From the NCBI RefSeq assembly GCF_002945325.1, contig NZ_CP026606.1, positions 660,001 to 692,000 on the forward strand: a stretch of 32,000 nt of DNA, written 5' to 3'. The position numbers and the translations under genes are program-made. Position 1 is the stretch's first letter; the number at the start of each line of letters is the position of its first letter. This DNA is from Methanococcus maripaludis (GTDB lineage: Archaea; AGJL01; Methanococci; Methanococcales; Methanococcaceae). Positions 1-8,822 of the stretch are shown here, in pieces. A model generated the notes under the pieces. The model was not told where the DNA came from, did no database searches, and was given only the letters and a program-made list of their open reading frames with translations.

Positions 1-2
1 GC

Positions 3-1091
3 GAAGCATTCGCAGGCAGAAAAAATGAATTATACGGCCAAAAAGATGAAGGAAGAAAAGTATTTGGATTATTTTGTACATTTGTTCCAACAGAATTAAT
101 TTTAGCAGCTAATGCAGTTCCTGTAGGGCTTTGCGGTGGAAAAGAAAGTACAATACCATCAGCAGAAGAAATTTTACCAAGAAATATCTGTCCTTTGATA
201 AAATCATCATTTGGATTTAAAAAAGACAAAGCTTGCCCGTACATTGAAGCATCTGACGTGATAATTGGAGAAACTACGTGCGATGGAAAGAAAAAAATGT
301 TTGAACACCTCGCTGAAATGACCAAACTCCACATAATGCAGTTACCACACTTTAGAGACGACAGATCTGCAAAACTGTGGCTTGCTGAAGTTGAAGAGTT
401 GAAAAAATTAATTGAAGAAGAAACCGGAAACGAAATTACTGAAGAAAAATTAAAAGAAGCTATCGATAAAGTGAACAATGTAAGAAAGCTTTTTTACAAA
501 ATTTACGAATTAAGAGCAAACAATCCATCCCCGATAAATGGAAAAGATTCTTTAAAATTATTCCAACTTTCATATCTGTTAGACATAAACACTATCGAAT
601 CAGTTCTTGAAGATTTAGTTGAAGAACTTGAAGAAAGAGTTAAAAAAGGCGAAGGATATTCCGGAAAAAGAATTTTAATTGCAGGTTGTCCAATGGTTGC
701 AGGAAACACGAAAATCCCTGAACTCATTGAAGATACAGGTGCAGTAGTTGTTGGAGAAGAAAGCTGTACTGGAACAAGACAGTATGAAAACTACGTTGAA
801 GGATACACGATTGAAAAATTAGCTGACAGGTACTTTAAAATCCCTTGTGCATGCAAATTCAGCAACGAAGAAAGAATTGAAAGAATTAAAGAACTTGTAA
901 AAGAACAGAACGCTGACGGTGTTGTATACTACACCCTCCAGTACTGCCACACATTTAACGTGGAAGGTGCTTTAATTGAAAAAGAACTCAAAAAAGCAGG
1001 AATTCCAATCATTAGAGTAGAAACTGACTACTCAGAAAGCGATAAAGAACAGTTAAAAACAAGAATTGAAGCATTTGTTGAAATGATTTAA
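3..1091 (+). CDS. 2-hydroxyacyl-CoA dehydratase family / double-cubane-cluster-type protein (HgdB/FldC-like), 5' truncated by window edge
   Basis: Reading frame is open back to base 3 ([69 protein letters not shown]...), so the track start at 195 is internal. Cys motifs [52 protein letters not shown] and LQYCH fit the HgdB/DCCP family. TAA at 1089-1091. Confidence 0.85.
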   Translation, partial: EAFAGRKNELYGQKDEGRKVFGLFCTFVPTELILAANAVPVGLCGGKESTIPSAEEILPRNICPLIKSSFGFKKDKACPYIEASDVIIGETTCDGKKKMFEHLAEMTKLHIMQLPHFRDDRSAKLWLAEVEELKKLIEEETGNEITEEKLKEAIDKVNNVRKLFYKIYELRANNPSPINGKDSLKLFQLSYLLDINTIESVLEDLVEELEERVKKGEGYSGKRILIAGCPMVAGNTKIPELIEDTGAVVVGEESCTGTRQYENYVEGYTIEKLADRYFKIPCACKFSNEERIERIKELVKEQNADGVVYYTLQYCHTFNVEGALIEKELKKAGIPIIRVETDYSESDKEQLKTRIEAFVEMI

Positions 1092-1133
1092 TGATTTAAA
1101 AATTATTTTTTTCTTAATTTTTCAGGTGGTATT

Positions 1134-1961
1134 TTGAACTTTCAAAAAATAGCGCTGTTTTTGGTATTGTTACTTTCAATATCCTGTTTCAGCGGCTGTA
1201 TGGATAATTCTGGCGAAGTTTCAGAGCCAGTTACAATTAAAATGGCAGGTGGAACTGCATTAATACCAATAATCGAAGATATTTCAAAAGAATATATGTT
1301 AGAAAATAATAATGTCCAGATAGAAGTTACAGGTGGCGGTTCTGGTTTTGGAGTTAAAGAAACTGGTGAGGGCCATTTAACAATTGGAATGGCAGGAAGA
1401 AACTTAAAATCTGAAGAAAAAGAACTTTATAATGATATTACTGTTTATAAAATTGGTCTTGATGGAATTGCAATAATTACAAGCAATGAAAATAATATTT
1501 CGGATTTAACTACTGAACAGGTACAAAAAATTTATTCTGGTGAAATTACTAACTGGAAAAATGTTGGTGGAAGTGACCATACTATAAATGTATACACCAG
1601 AGAAGAAGATAGCGGTACAAGAGATACTTTCTGGAAAGAAGGACTTTTGAAAAGCAATATCTCTAAAAAAGCACTGATGGTCGCATCGAATGGAGAAATG
1701 AAATCAAAAGTTTCTTTAGATGAAAACGGAATAGGATACGTTTCAATAGGATACGTTGATGAGTCGATCAATACTGTAAAATTCAATGGAATAGATCCCA
1801 CTCAAGAAAATGTTAAAGAAGGGCTTTATACCATATATCGGCCTTTAAATTTGCTTACAAAAGGGGAACCTGACGAAAATGTTAAAAAATTCATCGAATA
1901 TGTTTTAAGTGAAAAAGGTCAAGAAATCGTGAAAAACGATGGATTTTTACCAGTAAATTAA
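1134..1961 (+). CDS. PstS-like phosphate/anion ABC transporter substrate-binding lipoprotein
   Basis: TTG start with AGGTGG upstream; lipoprotein signal with CFSGC lipobox; 'GGTALIPIIEDISKEY', 'GGGSGFGVKETGEGHLTIGMAGRNL', 'IYSGEITNWKNVGG' and 'REEDSGTRDTFWK' are PstS-type phosphate-binding motifs. Confidence 0.85.
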   Translation: MNFQKIALFLVLLLSISCFSGCMDNSGEVSEPVTIKMAGGTALIPIIEDISKEYMLENNNVQIEVTGGGSGFGVKETGEGHLTIGMAGRNLKSEEKELYNDITVYKIGLDGIAIITSNENNISDLTTEQVQKIYSGEITNWKNVGGSDHTINVYTREEDSGTRDTFWKEGLLKSNISKKALMVASNGEMKSKVSLDENGIGYVSIGYVDESINTVKFNGIDPTQENVKEGLYTIYRPLNLLTKGEPDENVKKFIEYVLSEKGQEIVKNDGFLPVN

Positions 1962-2094
1962 AATTTACCTTTTTATTTTTCTATTTTTTTAGTAGTAATT
2001 AGTGACTCTTTTTTTAATGATTCATAACAATTCAAAAATTTAAAATAATTTAAATTCAATAGTCTAAACTGTAAATTTTAAAAGGGGATATATT

Positions 2095-2973
2095 ATGGTT
2101 AAAAAAATTGTTATCGGAGTTTTTTGCATGATATCTCTTCTGTTGCTATGCGGATGCACAGAAACAGATAGTGGAGATCAAGCACTCGATGAAGTTGATT
2201 CTGGTGATGAAAATATTGTTTCTGATGACGCAGAATATATTGGTACATTTTACGCTGCAAAAACTGACGATTCATTGAAATTCACGTTAATTTTTAACGA
2301 TGCGGAAAATAAACTTGTAACTACAACAGGTACTGCAAAATTAACAATATATGATGAGTATGATAACAAAATCTTTGAAAAAGAATACGTTGTTGACCCA
2401 TCAAAAGCAGGAACCAACAGTAAATATACACTTATTGTTTCATTAGGGGATATTGAAAAAGGAATGACTGAATCAGGGTATGCTGAAGTAATATTTACTT
2501 CAAAAACGGGTAATGTTATAAATAAAATTACAAACTCGATTCAAATCCCATACCTTACTGAAGAAGAAATTTTAAACATTGCTGAACAGGAATTCCTTGA
2601 AAATGCAGTTGAAAGCGGAGATTCGTACGAACTTGACGATATTAAAATAACTGCATTGAGAAGCGGATTCTACACAATACCTGGAGAAAAATCTAAAAAA
2701 ATATTCCGTGTAGACCTTAAAATAGAAAATAAATACGGACAGCCAAAAGATTTCACACCTTCAGAAGTTATGGTGTATTCGGGCACTAAAGAATATCCAT
2801 TTACCTCTGGCGGTTCTTTGAATAATGTTTCCAAAATCCCTGCTTTAGGTTCAGTAAAAGGTTACTGGTTATTTGAAGATATTCCTGATAATATTGAAGA
2901 AGCACGAGTATACTTTAAAAATGGCCGAGATAATAATGGAGAATGGAGACTATTTGACCTCAGCCTCGAATAA
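2095..2973 (+). CDS. predicted secreted lipoprotein, unknown function (possible Ig-like/DUF4352-like C-terminal domain)
   Basis: N-terminus MVKKIVIGVFCMISLLLLCGCTETDSGD has a lipobox (LLCGC); acidic linker; beta-rich two-domain remainder. Preceded by AAAAGGGG. Confidence 0.6.
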   Translation: MVKKIVIGVFCMISLLLLCGCTETDSGDQALDEVDSGDENIVSDDAEYIGTFYAAKTDDSLKFTLIFNDAENKLVTTTGTAKLTIYDEYDNKIFEKEYVVDPSKAGTNSKYTLIVSLGDIEKGMTESGYAEVIFTSKTGNVINKITNSIQIPYLTEEEILNIAEQEFLENAVESGDSYELDDIKITALRSGFYTIPGEKSKKIFRVDLKIENKYGQPKDFTPSEVMVYSGTKEYPFTSGGSLNNVSKIPALGSVKGYWLFEDIPDNIEEARVYFKNGRDNNGEWRLFDLSLE

Positions 2974-3024
2974 TTATTTAAACTATTTTTACTTTTTTAT
3001 TTTAAAAGATTTTAAGTGAAATTT

Positions 3025-3696
3025 ATGAAGATTGCATCGCTTTATTCTGGTGGAAAAGATTCTGCCTACGCACTATTTTGGGCCCTAAATCAGGGATGGG
3101 ATGTTAATTATTTGGTAAACGTGGCCTCAAAAAATAAAGAAAGCTACATGTTCCATATTCCAAACGTTGAATTGACAGACCTTGTATCAGAAAGTACTGG
3201 AATTGAAATGATAAAAGTAATTACTAAAGGCGAAAAAGAAAAAGAAATTCTTGATTTGCAAAAAAACCTTGAAAAACTGGATATTGATGGAATTGTAAGC
3301 GGAGCTCTTGCAAGCGAATATCAAAGAGCAAGAATTGATCACATCTGTGAAGAAATTGGAATAAAATCATTTTCACCACTCTGGCACAAAGATCAGGAAT
3401 TGATTTTACGGGATACTTCAAAATTCTTTGATTTTAGGATGGTTAGTGTTGCAGCTTACGGGCTGGACAAAAAATGGCTTGGAAAAAGAATTGATGAAAC
3501 AAATATTGAAGAATTATTAAAGATAATGGAAAAATACCAAATTAATAAAGCTTTTGAAGGCGGAGAAGCGGAAACGTTTGTATTTGATGCCCCGTTTTTT
3601 GAAAAAAAAATAGAAGTTTTGGATTATGAAATTACATGGGATGGAATTTCTGGAAGCTACAATATAAATGATGCAGAGCTTGTTTCTAAAAAGTAA
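3025..3696 (+). CDS. diphthine--ammonia ligase-like / PP-loop ATPase (Dph6 family)
   Basis: '[26 protein letters not shown]' PP-loop, '[33 protein letters not shown]', '[16 protein letters not shown]'-type C-terminal motif ([14 protein letters not shown]). ATG 3025 preferred over GTG 3016, which lies in the AAGTGAA ribosome-binding-like stretch. Confidence 0.85.
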   Translation: MKIASLYSGGKDSAYALFWALNQGWDVNYLVNVASKNKESYMFHIPNVELTDLVSESTGIEMIKVITKGEKEKEILDLQKNLEKLDIDGIVSGALASEYQRARIDHICEEIGIKSFSPLWHKDQELILRDTSKFFDFRMVSVAAYGLDKKWLGKRIDETNIEELLKIMEKYQINKAFEGGEAETFVFDAPFFEKKIEVLDYEITWDGISGSYNINDAELVSKK

Positions 3697-4131
3697 TTAA
3701 TTAACATCAATTGTTTTTACAAAAGTTGTTCCAAATTCTCCCGAAACTAACACTCTTTTATCATCAATTGTTGTTGAATTGTAAATTGTTTCAATATATA
3801 TTTGCGTTCTTGAAAGGGGTTCAACGTATGTTTTTTCAATTAAGGGGTTGTTTACCACATCCCCTTCAAAAATAACCGTCCATTTTGAAGCATCTTCCAA
3901 TATATTTCCATTATTTACTACAGTTATATTTAAAATTCCAGAATCAGAATCAATTCCTTCGTACTGAACCGTAAGATTTTCCTTAGATTTTTTTAACAAG
4001 TTGTAAGCATGGTCGTCATTTGCACTTAAAATATTGTTTAAATTCGAATCAACAGTTCCATAAATTACTGTTAATGAAATTAACAAAATTATTGAAAGAA
4101 ATGCAACACCGTAAATTTCTGAAAAACCCAT
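3697..4131 (-). CDS. archaellum FlaF/ArlF-like or pilin-like membrane-anchored protein
   Basis: 144 aa: single N-terminal hydrophobic helix (MGFSEIYGVAFLSIILLISLTVIYGTVDSN) followed by a beta-rich domain ('VTVVNNGNILEDASKWTVIFEG'-like), resembling ArlF/ArlG architecture. Confidence 0.5.
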   Translation of the reverse strand: MGFSEIYGVAFLSIILLISLTVIYGTVDSNLNNILSANDDHAYNLLKKSKENLTVQYEGIDSDSGILNITVVNNGNILEDASKWTVIFEGDVVNNPLIEKTYVEPLSRTQIYIETIYNSTTIDDKRVLVSGEFGTTFVKTIDVN

Positions 4132-4241
4132 ATTCTCACAAGTCCTAAGTTTGATATTAAAAAAAGGTTTTTCAATATTTAAATAGAGTTTGTGTATATG
4201 TATCTATTTAAATTTATAAATATTACGTTCTAAAATAAAAA

Positions 4242-4318
4242 TGGTGAGTCCGGGGAGATTCGAACTCCCGATCACCGCCGTGTCAGGGCGGTATCATAGC
4301 CAACTAGACCACGAACTC
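4242..4318 (-). tRNA. tRNA-Val(GAC), CCA encoded
   Basis: Minus strand GAGTTCG...CCGCC-CTGACAC-GGCGG...CGGGAGTTCGAATCTCCCCGGACTC-ACCA; acceptor stem pairs 7/7 (one G-U), loop CTGACAC gives anticodon GAC. Confidence 0.93.
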
Positions 4319-4347
4319 ACTTAATCACTATATAAAGATAATTTATT

Positions 4348-4361
4348 TAGTATTTATATTT
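4348..4361 (-). promoter_or_regulatory. candidate TATA box for tRNA-Val
   Basis: Minus strand AAATATAAATAC about 25-35 bp upstream of the likely transcription start for the tRNA whose 5' end is 4318. Confidence 0.4.
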
Positions 4362-4423
4362 TTCTATTATTCATAAAATTAAGTGGATGATTTAATATCT
4401 TTGAAGTAATTACAATCAGCCAC

Positions 4424-5929
4424 TTAATTTTTATCGTATTTATCCTTATTTTTATTTGAAAGGCTTGTTATGTATGCATTTAAACCGCCTGCAATCGCAA
4501 TGACCTTTTTATTACCGTGAAATACTTTTTCACTGAATATTTTTTCCCTATCTTTTGCTTCTAAAGCATAATTTACCATTGCTTTTCTAAATGAGCATAG
4601 ATTATCTTCAACGTAGTGCGTTGAAAGGTTTCCTTTTAAAAAGTTGTCCTCTTCAATTACTGCCCTGTGGAAAGGTATATTTGTAATTATACCAAGAACC
4701 ATGTATTCAGAAAGTGCCCTTTTCATCCTTTCAATTGCTTCTTCTCTTGTAAGACCGTACGTAATTATCTTTGCAACCATGGAATCATAATAAGGTGGAA
4801 TTTCAGCTCCCCCGAATACACCACTATCAAGCCTTACACCCGGGCCTCCAGGAGACCTGTAATATTTTATTTTTCCAGGAGCTGGAACAAAATCATTTAT
4901 TGCATCTTCTGCATTTACCCTACATTCTATTGCATGTCCCCTGAAGGTAATTTCATCTTGTTTGTAGGATAATTTTTTTCCAGCTGCAATTTTTATCTGT
5001 TCTTTTACGATATCAACACCAGTAACAACTTCGGTTATTGGGTGTTCTACCTGAACTCTTGTATTCATTTCAAGGAAGTAAAATTCGCCTTTGCTGTATA
5101 AAAATTCAACTGTCCCAACGCTGTGGTAATTTATGGCCTTAGCAGCTTTTACAGCTGCATTTCCCATTCTTTCCCTTAATTCTTCAGTCATGATTGGGGA
5201 AGGGGACTCTTCAATTAATTTTTGGTGCCTTCTTTGAATTGAACACTCCCTATCACCAAGGTGAATCACATTTCCAAATTTATCTGCAACCACCTGTATT
5301 TCAATGTGCCTTGGTTTTTCGAGGTATTTTTCAATGAATACTGTTGAATCACCAAAAGCACTCTGTGCAATGGATTTTGTAGACTGTATCGTATCAACGA
5401 GTTCTTCTTTATTGTAAACCACGTTCATTCCGATACCGCCACCACCTGCAGATGCTTTTATGATTACAGGGTATCCAATTTCATCTGCAACTTCGATTGC
5501 TTCTTCTTCGCTTTCGATTGCTTCTTCCCTTCCAGGCAGTACAGGAACTCCTGCTGTTTTCATTGCTTTCTTAGCATTGATTTTACTGCCCATAACATCA
5601 ATTGCATTTGTTGGAGGTCCGATAAATTCAATGCCTCTTTTGTGACATTCATCTGCAAATTTTACATTTTCAGATAAAAAACCATATCCTGGGTGAACTG
5701 CATCCACACCTGCTTTTTCAGCCACTTTTAAGATCCTTTCCATGTTAAGGTAGCTTTTTGACGCAGGAGGTTCCCCTATTGGATAACATTCATCTGCAAT
5801 ATTTCTATAGAGTGAGTGTTCATCAGCTTCAGAAAAAACTGCAACAGTCTTTATTCCGAGTTCTTTACATGCTCGAATTACTCTGACTGCAATTTCTCCC
5901 CTATTGGCTATCAATACTTTTTTAAACAT
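4424..5929 (-). CDS. pycA: pyruvate carboxylase subunit A (biotin carboxylase)
   Basis: [36 protein letters not shown]...[10 protein letters not shown]...[11 protein letters not shown]...[23 protein letters not shown]...[17 protein letters not shown]; adjacent to pycB. Confidence 0.95.
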   Translation of the reverse strand: MFKKVLIANRGEIAVRVIRACKELGIKTVAVFSEADEHSLYRNIADECYPIGEPPASKSYLNMERILKVAEKAGVDAVHPGYGFLSENVKFADECHKRGIEFIGPPTNAIDVMGSKINAKKAMKTAGVPVLPGREEAIESEEEAIEVADEIGYPVIIKASAGGGGIGMNVVYNKEELVDTIQSTKSIAQSAFGDSTVFIEKYLEKPRHIEIQVVADKFGNVIHLGDRECSIQRRHQKLIEESPSPIMTEELRERMGNAAVKAAKAINYHSVGTVEFLYSKGEFYFLEMNTRVQVEHPITEVVTGVDIVKEQIKIAAGKKLSYKQDEITFRGHAIECRVNAEDAINDFVPAPGKIKYYRSPGGPGVRLDSGVFGGAEIPPYYDSMVAKIITYGLTREEAIERMKRALSEYMVLGIITNIPFHRAVIEEDNFLKGNLSTHYVEDNLCSFRKAMVNYALEAKDREKIFSEKVFHGNKKVIAIAGGLNAYITSLSNKNKDKYDKN

Positions 5930-5974
5930 AATATTACCTTCTGGAATTGCTGTATCATTAATTAAATGCTTAAT

Positions 5975-7684
5975 TTATTTTATAATCATCAATATGTCGC
6001 CCACGTTTACAGATTGACCTTCTTTAACGATTATTTTTTCAACAGTTCCATCTACAGGACATTCTACAGGGTTTTCCATCTTCATAGCTTCTAAAACTAA
6101 AATCTGATCGCCTTGTTTAACACTTGCGCCCGTACTAACTTTTATTTTTGTAACAATACCCCTAAATGGTGAAGTTACTGCACCCTCAGTTTCTGCAGTT
6201 ATTATCTCTTTTTTCTCTTCTTTTTTAATTCCTGAACTGTATACGGGTTCCACTTTTACGTTGAAAGAATCCCCATCAACTTCAACAATGTATTCGTTTG
6301 GAATTTCCATGAATTTCGAAACATCCTTTTCTTGAGGTATTGTTTCTGCTTTTAACTCCCCTCTCAGGAATTTGACTGCAACTTGCGGGTATAAAGCATA
6401 AGTTAAAATATCTTCTTCTTTTGAAACTATTCCTTTCGCAAAAGCTTCTTTTTCCATTATTTCGTATTCTGGTTCGAGTAAATCTGCAGGCCTGCATGTA
6501 ATCTGCTTTTCACCATCTTGAAGTACCCGTTTAACGAGATCTTTGCTGATTGGTGCAGGGGATTTTCCATAATATCCTTTTAAGTAGTTAGATACTTCGT
6601 TTGTGATGATTTTGTATCTTTCATCAGTTAATACATTCATTACAGCCTGGGTTCCAACAATCTGGGACGTTGGAGTTACTAATGGAGGGTATCCAAGGTC
6701 TTTTCTCACGTTTGGAATTTCGTTTAAAACTTCCTCAAATTTATCGAGTGCACCCTGTTCTTTTAATTGGGATACGAGGTTTGAAAGCATTCCTCCAGGA
6801 ACCTGGTATCTTAAAATTCTAGCGTCAACTCTTTCAGAGATTGGATTTATCAGGCATTTGTATTTGTTTCTAATCTCGTCAAAATAGTCCCTAATTTCTG
6901 TTAATAATACAAGATCCAGGTTTGTATCGTATTTTGTGCCTTTTAATGCTGCCACAATACTTTCTACAGGGGGCTGAGATGTACCCATTGAAAGAGGGGA
7001 CATTGCACAATTTAATATATCAATTCCTGCCTCTACAGAAGACATATATGCTAATGGAGCAATTCCTGCAGTACAATGGCTGTGTAAATCGATTGGAATT
7101 GATAATTCTTCTTTCAACATTCCAACAAGTTCTTTAGCGTCAAAAGGTCTTAAAAGTCCCGCCATGTCTTTAATACATAAAGAATCACATCCCAACTCTT
7201 CAAACTGTTTTGCAAGCTCTACAAACTGTTCAGTCGTGTGAACTGGGCTTGTAGTATACGATATAGCACCTTGAACTTCAGCACCGTATTTTTTAACAGC
7301 TTTTATGGAATATTCAACATTTCTAATATCGTTTAGAGCATCGAATATTCTCACAATATCTATCCCATTCTCGATAGATTTTTGAATAAACTTGTCTACA
7401 ACGTCATCAGGGTAATGCCTGTATCCTACTAAGTTTTGTCCCCTTAAAAGCATTTGTAAGGGCGTGTTTTGAATTTTTCCTTTTAGTTCCCTTAATCTTT
7501 CCCATGGGTCCTCATTTAAATACCTAATACATGAATCAAAAGTAGCACCACCCCATACTTCCATCGAATAGAATCCTACTTCGTCCATTTTCTCTGCAAT
7601 CGGTAACATGTCTTCGGTTCTTAACCTTGTTGCCATTAAAGATTGATGCGCATCCCTAAAGGAGGTATCGGTTATTTTTACCAT
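5975..7684 (-). CDS. pycB: pyruvate carboxylase subunit B (carboxyltransferase plus biotinyl domain; OadA-like)
   Basis: ITDTSFRDAHQSLMATRLRTEDM...WGGATFD...LCIKDMAGLL...HSHCTAG; C-terminal biotinyl motif VLEAMKMENPV. Confidence 0.95.
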   Translation of the reverse strand: MVKITDTSFRDAHQSLMATRLRTEDMLPIAEKMDEVGFYSMEVWGGATFDSCIRYLNEDPWERLRELKGKIQNTPLQMLLRGQNLVGYRHYPDDVVDKFIQKSIENGIDIVRIFDALNDIRNVEYSIKAVKKYGAEVQGAISYTTSPVHTTEQFVELAKQFEELGCDSLCIKDMAGLLRPFDAKELVGMLKEELSIPIDLHSHCTAGIAPLAYMSSVEAGIDILNCAMSPLSMGTSQPPVESIVAALKGTKYDTNLDLVLLTEIRDYFDEIRNKYKCLINPISERVDARILRYQVPGGMLSNLVSQLKEQGALDKFEEVLNEIPNVRKDLGYPPLVTPTSQIVGTQAVMNVLTDERYKIITNEVSNYLKGYYGKSPAPISKDLVKRVLQDGEKQITCRPADLLEPEYEIMEKEAFAKGIVSKEEDILTYALYPQVAVKFLRGELKAETIPQEKDVSKFMEIPNEYIVEVDGDSFNVKVEPVYSSGIKKEEKKEIITAETEGAVTSPFRGIVTKIKVSTGASVKQGDQILVLEAMKMENPVECPVDGTVEKIIVKEGQSVNVGDILMIIK

Positions 7685-7896
7685 GGTTATCCCTCGCTTA
7701 ATAACATAATATTAGTAAAAAAGATAGAAACGAGTTTCCTCTTGTTTTGATTAGATTCTCTTTTGGTTATATTAAATTAGATATTTATATGTTTTTAAGG
7801 ATATCATCGAAAAAAAATACGCCTTTTGTCGAAAAGGATTTATATATAACTTATTAATTTAAATGTATGAATTAATTTAACCAATATTAAAAAAAG

Positions 7897-7971
7897 TGCT
7901 CCAGCCGGGATTTGAACCCGAGTCCCGGCCTCGAAAGGGCCGGATGATTGGCCGGACTACACCACTGGAGC
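7897..7971 (-). tRNA. tRNA-Glu(UUC), CCA not encoded
   Basis: Minus strand GCTCCAG...CGGCC-CTTTCGA-GGCCG...CGGGTTCAAATCCCGG-CTGGAGC-A followed by CTTTTT; anticodon TTC. Confidence 0.93.
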
Positions 7972-7998
7972 ATTTGCATAAATCTTGAAAAGTAGTAA

Positions 7999-8076
7999 TG
8001 GCGGACCCGGAGGGATTCGAACCCCCGATCCCCGGCTTAGAAGGCCGGTGCCGTATCCAGACTAGGCCACGGGCCC
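7999..8076 (-). tRNA. tRNA-Arg(UCU), CCA encoded
   Basis: Minus strand GGGCCCG...CCGGC-CTTCTAA-GCCGG...GGGGGTTCGAATCCCTC-CGGGTCC-GCCA; anticodon TCT. Confidence 0.93.
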
Positions 8077-8122
8077 CCGTCTCCATTTAGTGTTTCAAGA
8101 GCATAGTATAGGAAGGGTATTC

Positions 8123-8135
8123 TAGTATATAAATG
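8123..8135 (-). promoter_or_regulatory. candidate TATA box for the tRNA-Arg/tRNA-Glu transcription unit
   Basis: Minus strand GGGAAACATTTATATACTAG about 50 bp upstream of the tRNA-Arg 5' end; both tRNAs lie on this strand 27 bp apart. Confidence 0.5.
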
Positions 8136-8186
8136 TTTCCCTTAATCTAATTCGTAGATTTAGATACTTCATATAGAATATACTGG

Positions 8187-8702
8187 CTAATCAAATATAT
8201 AATGAATTGAATCATCTATCAATTTTTTGTGATCAAATGCAAAATCAACCCCATTTAATTCATCCAAATTAAATATTCTTGCATCTTTTGCATCACTTCC
8301 ACTTTTTAAAGTTCCGATCCCATCAGCCAAAAATGCAACCGTTACTGTATGGCCCCGTGAATCCCTACTTGGATCGCTGTAAACTCCAATAAGCTTTAAA
8401 TTATCAATATCAAGACCTGTCTCTTCTTTAGATTCTCTTTTTGCAGCTTCTTCAACCCGTTCGCCATATTCAACAAAACCGCCAGGTACTGCCCAATAAT
8501 CCTTGTAAGGCTCATTTTTTCGTTTTATAAGAACGATTCCTGACTTATATTTAATCAAAATATCCACTGTTAAGTTTATGCGGCGGTAGGGTTCTGCAAC
8601 AACTTTTCCTGCATATTTTTTATCTAAAAAATTAAGGAGTTCATCCAGTACTTCTTTTTCCATTGATTCGTCCTTTATTTTTAATAATAAATTATATTCC
8701 AT
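8187..8702 (-). CDS. NUDIX hydrolase (ADP-ribose pyrophosphatase-like)
   Basis: Nudix box GGFVEYGERVEEAAKRESKEETGLD; GGTGATTTT upstream of ATG. Confidence 0.9.
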   Translation of the reverse strand: MEYNLLLKIKDESMEKEVLDELLNFLDKKYAGKVVAEPYRRINLTVDILIKYKSGIVLIKRKNEPYKDYWAVPGGFVEYGERVEEAAKRESKEETGLDIDNLKLIGVYSDPSRDSRGHTVTVAFLADGIGTLKSGSDAKDARIFNLDELNGVDFAFDHKKLIDDSIHYIFD

Positions 8703-8822
8703 AAAATCACCGTGTTAACAGTTTCTAAAAACTCCCATAATAATTTAACACAAAAAGAAAAATAGAAAACAAAGTAAAGTATGAGATGGAAGATATATTA
8801 AATAAATTTAAAAGGAGAAATC

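Noticed and set aside
7877-8086. 69 aa minus-strand ORF
   Set aside because: It lies exactly across tRNA-Glu and tRNA-Arg; the peptide is a translation of tRNA sequence.
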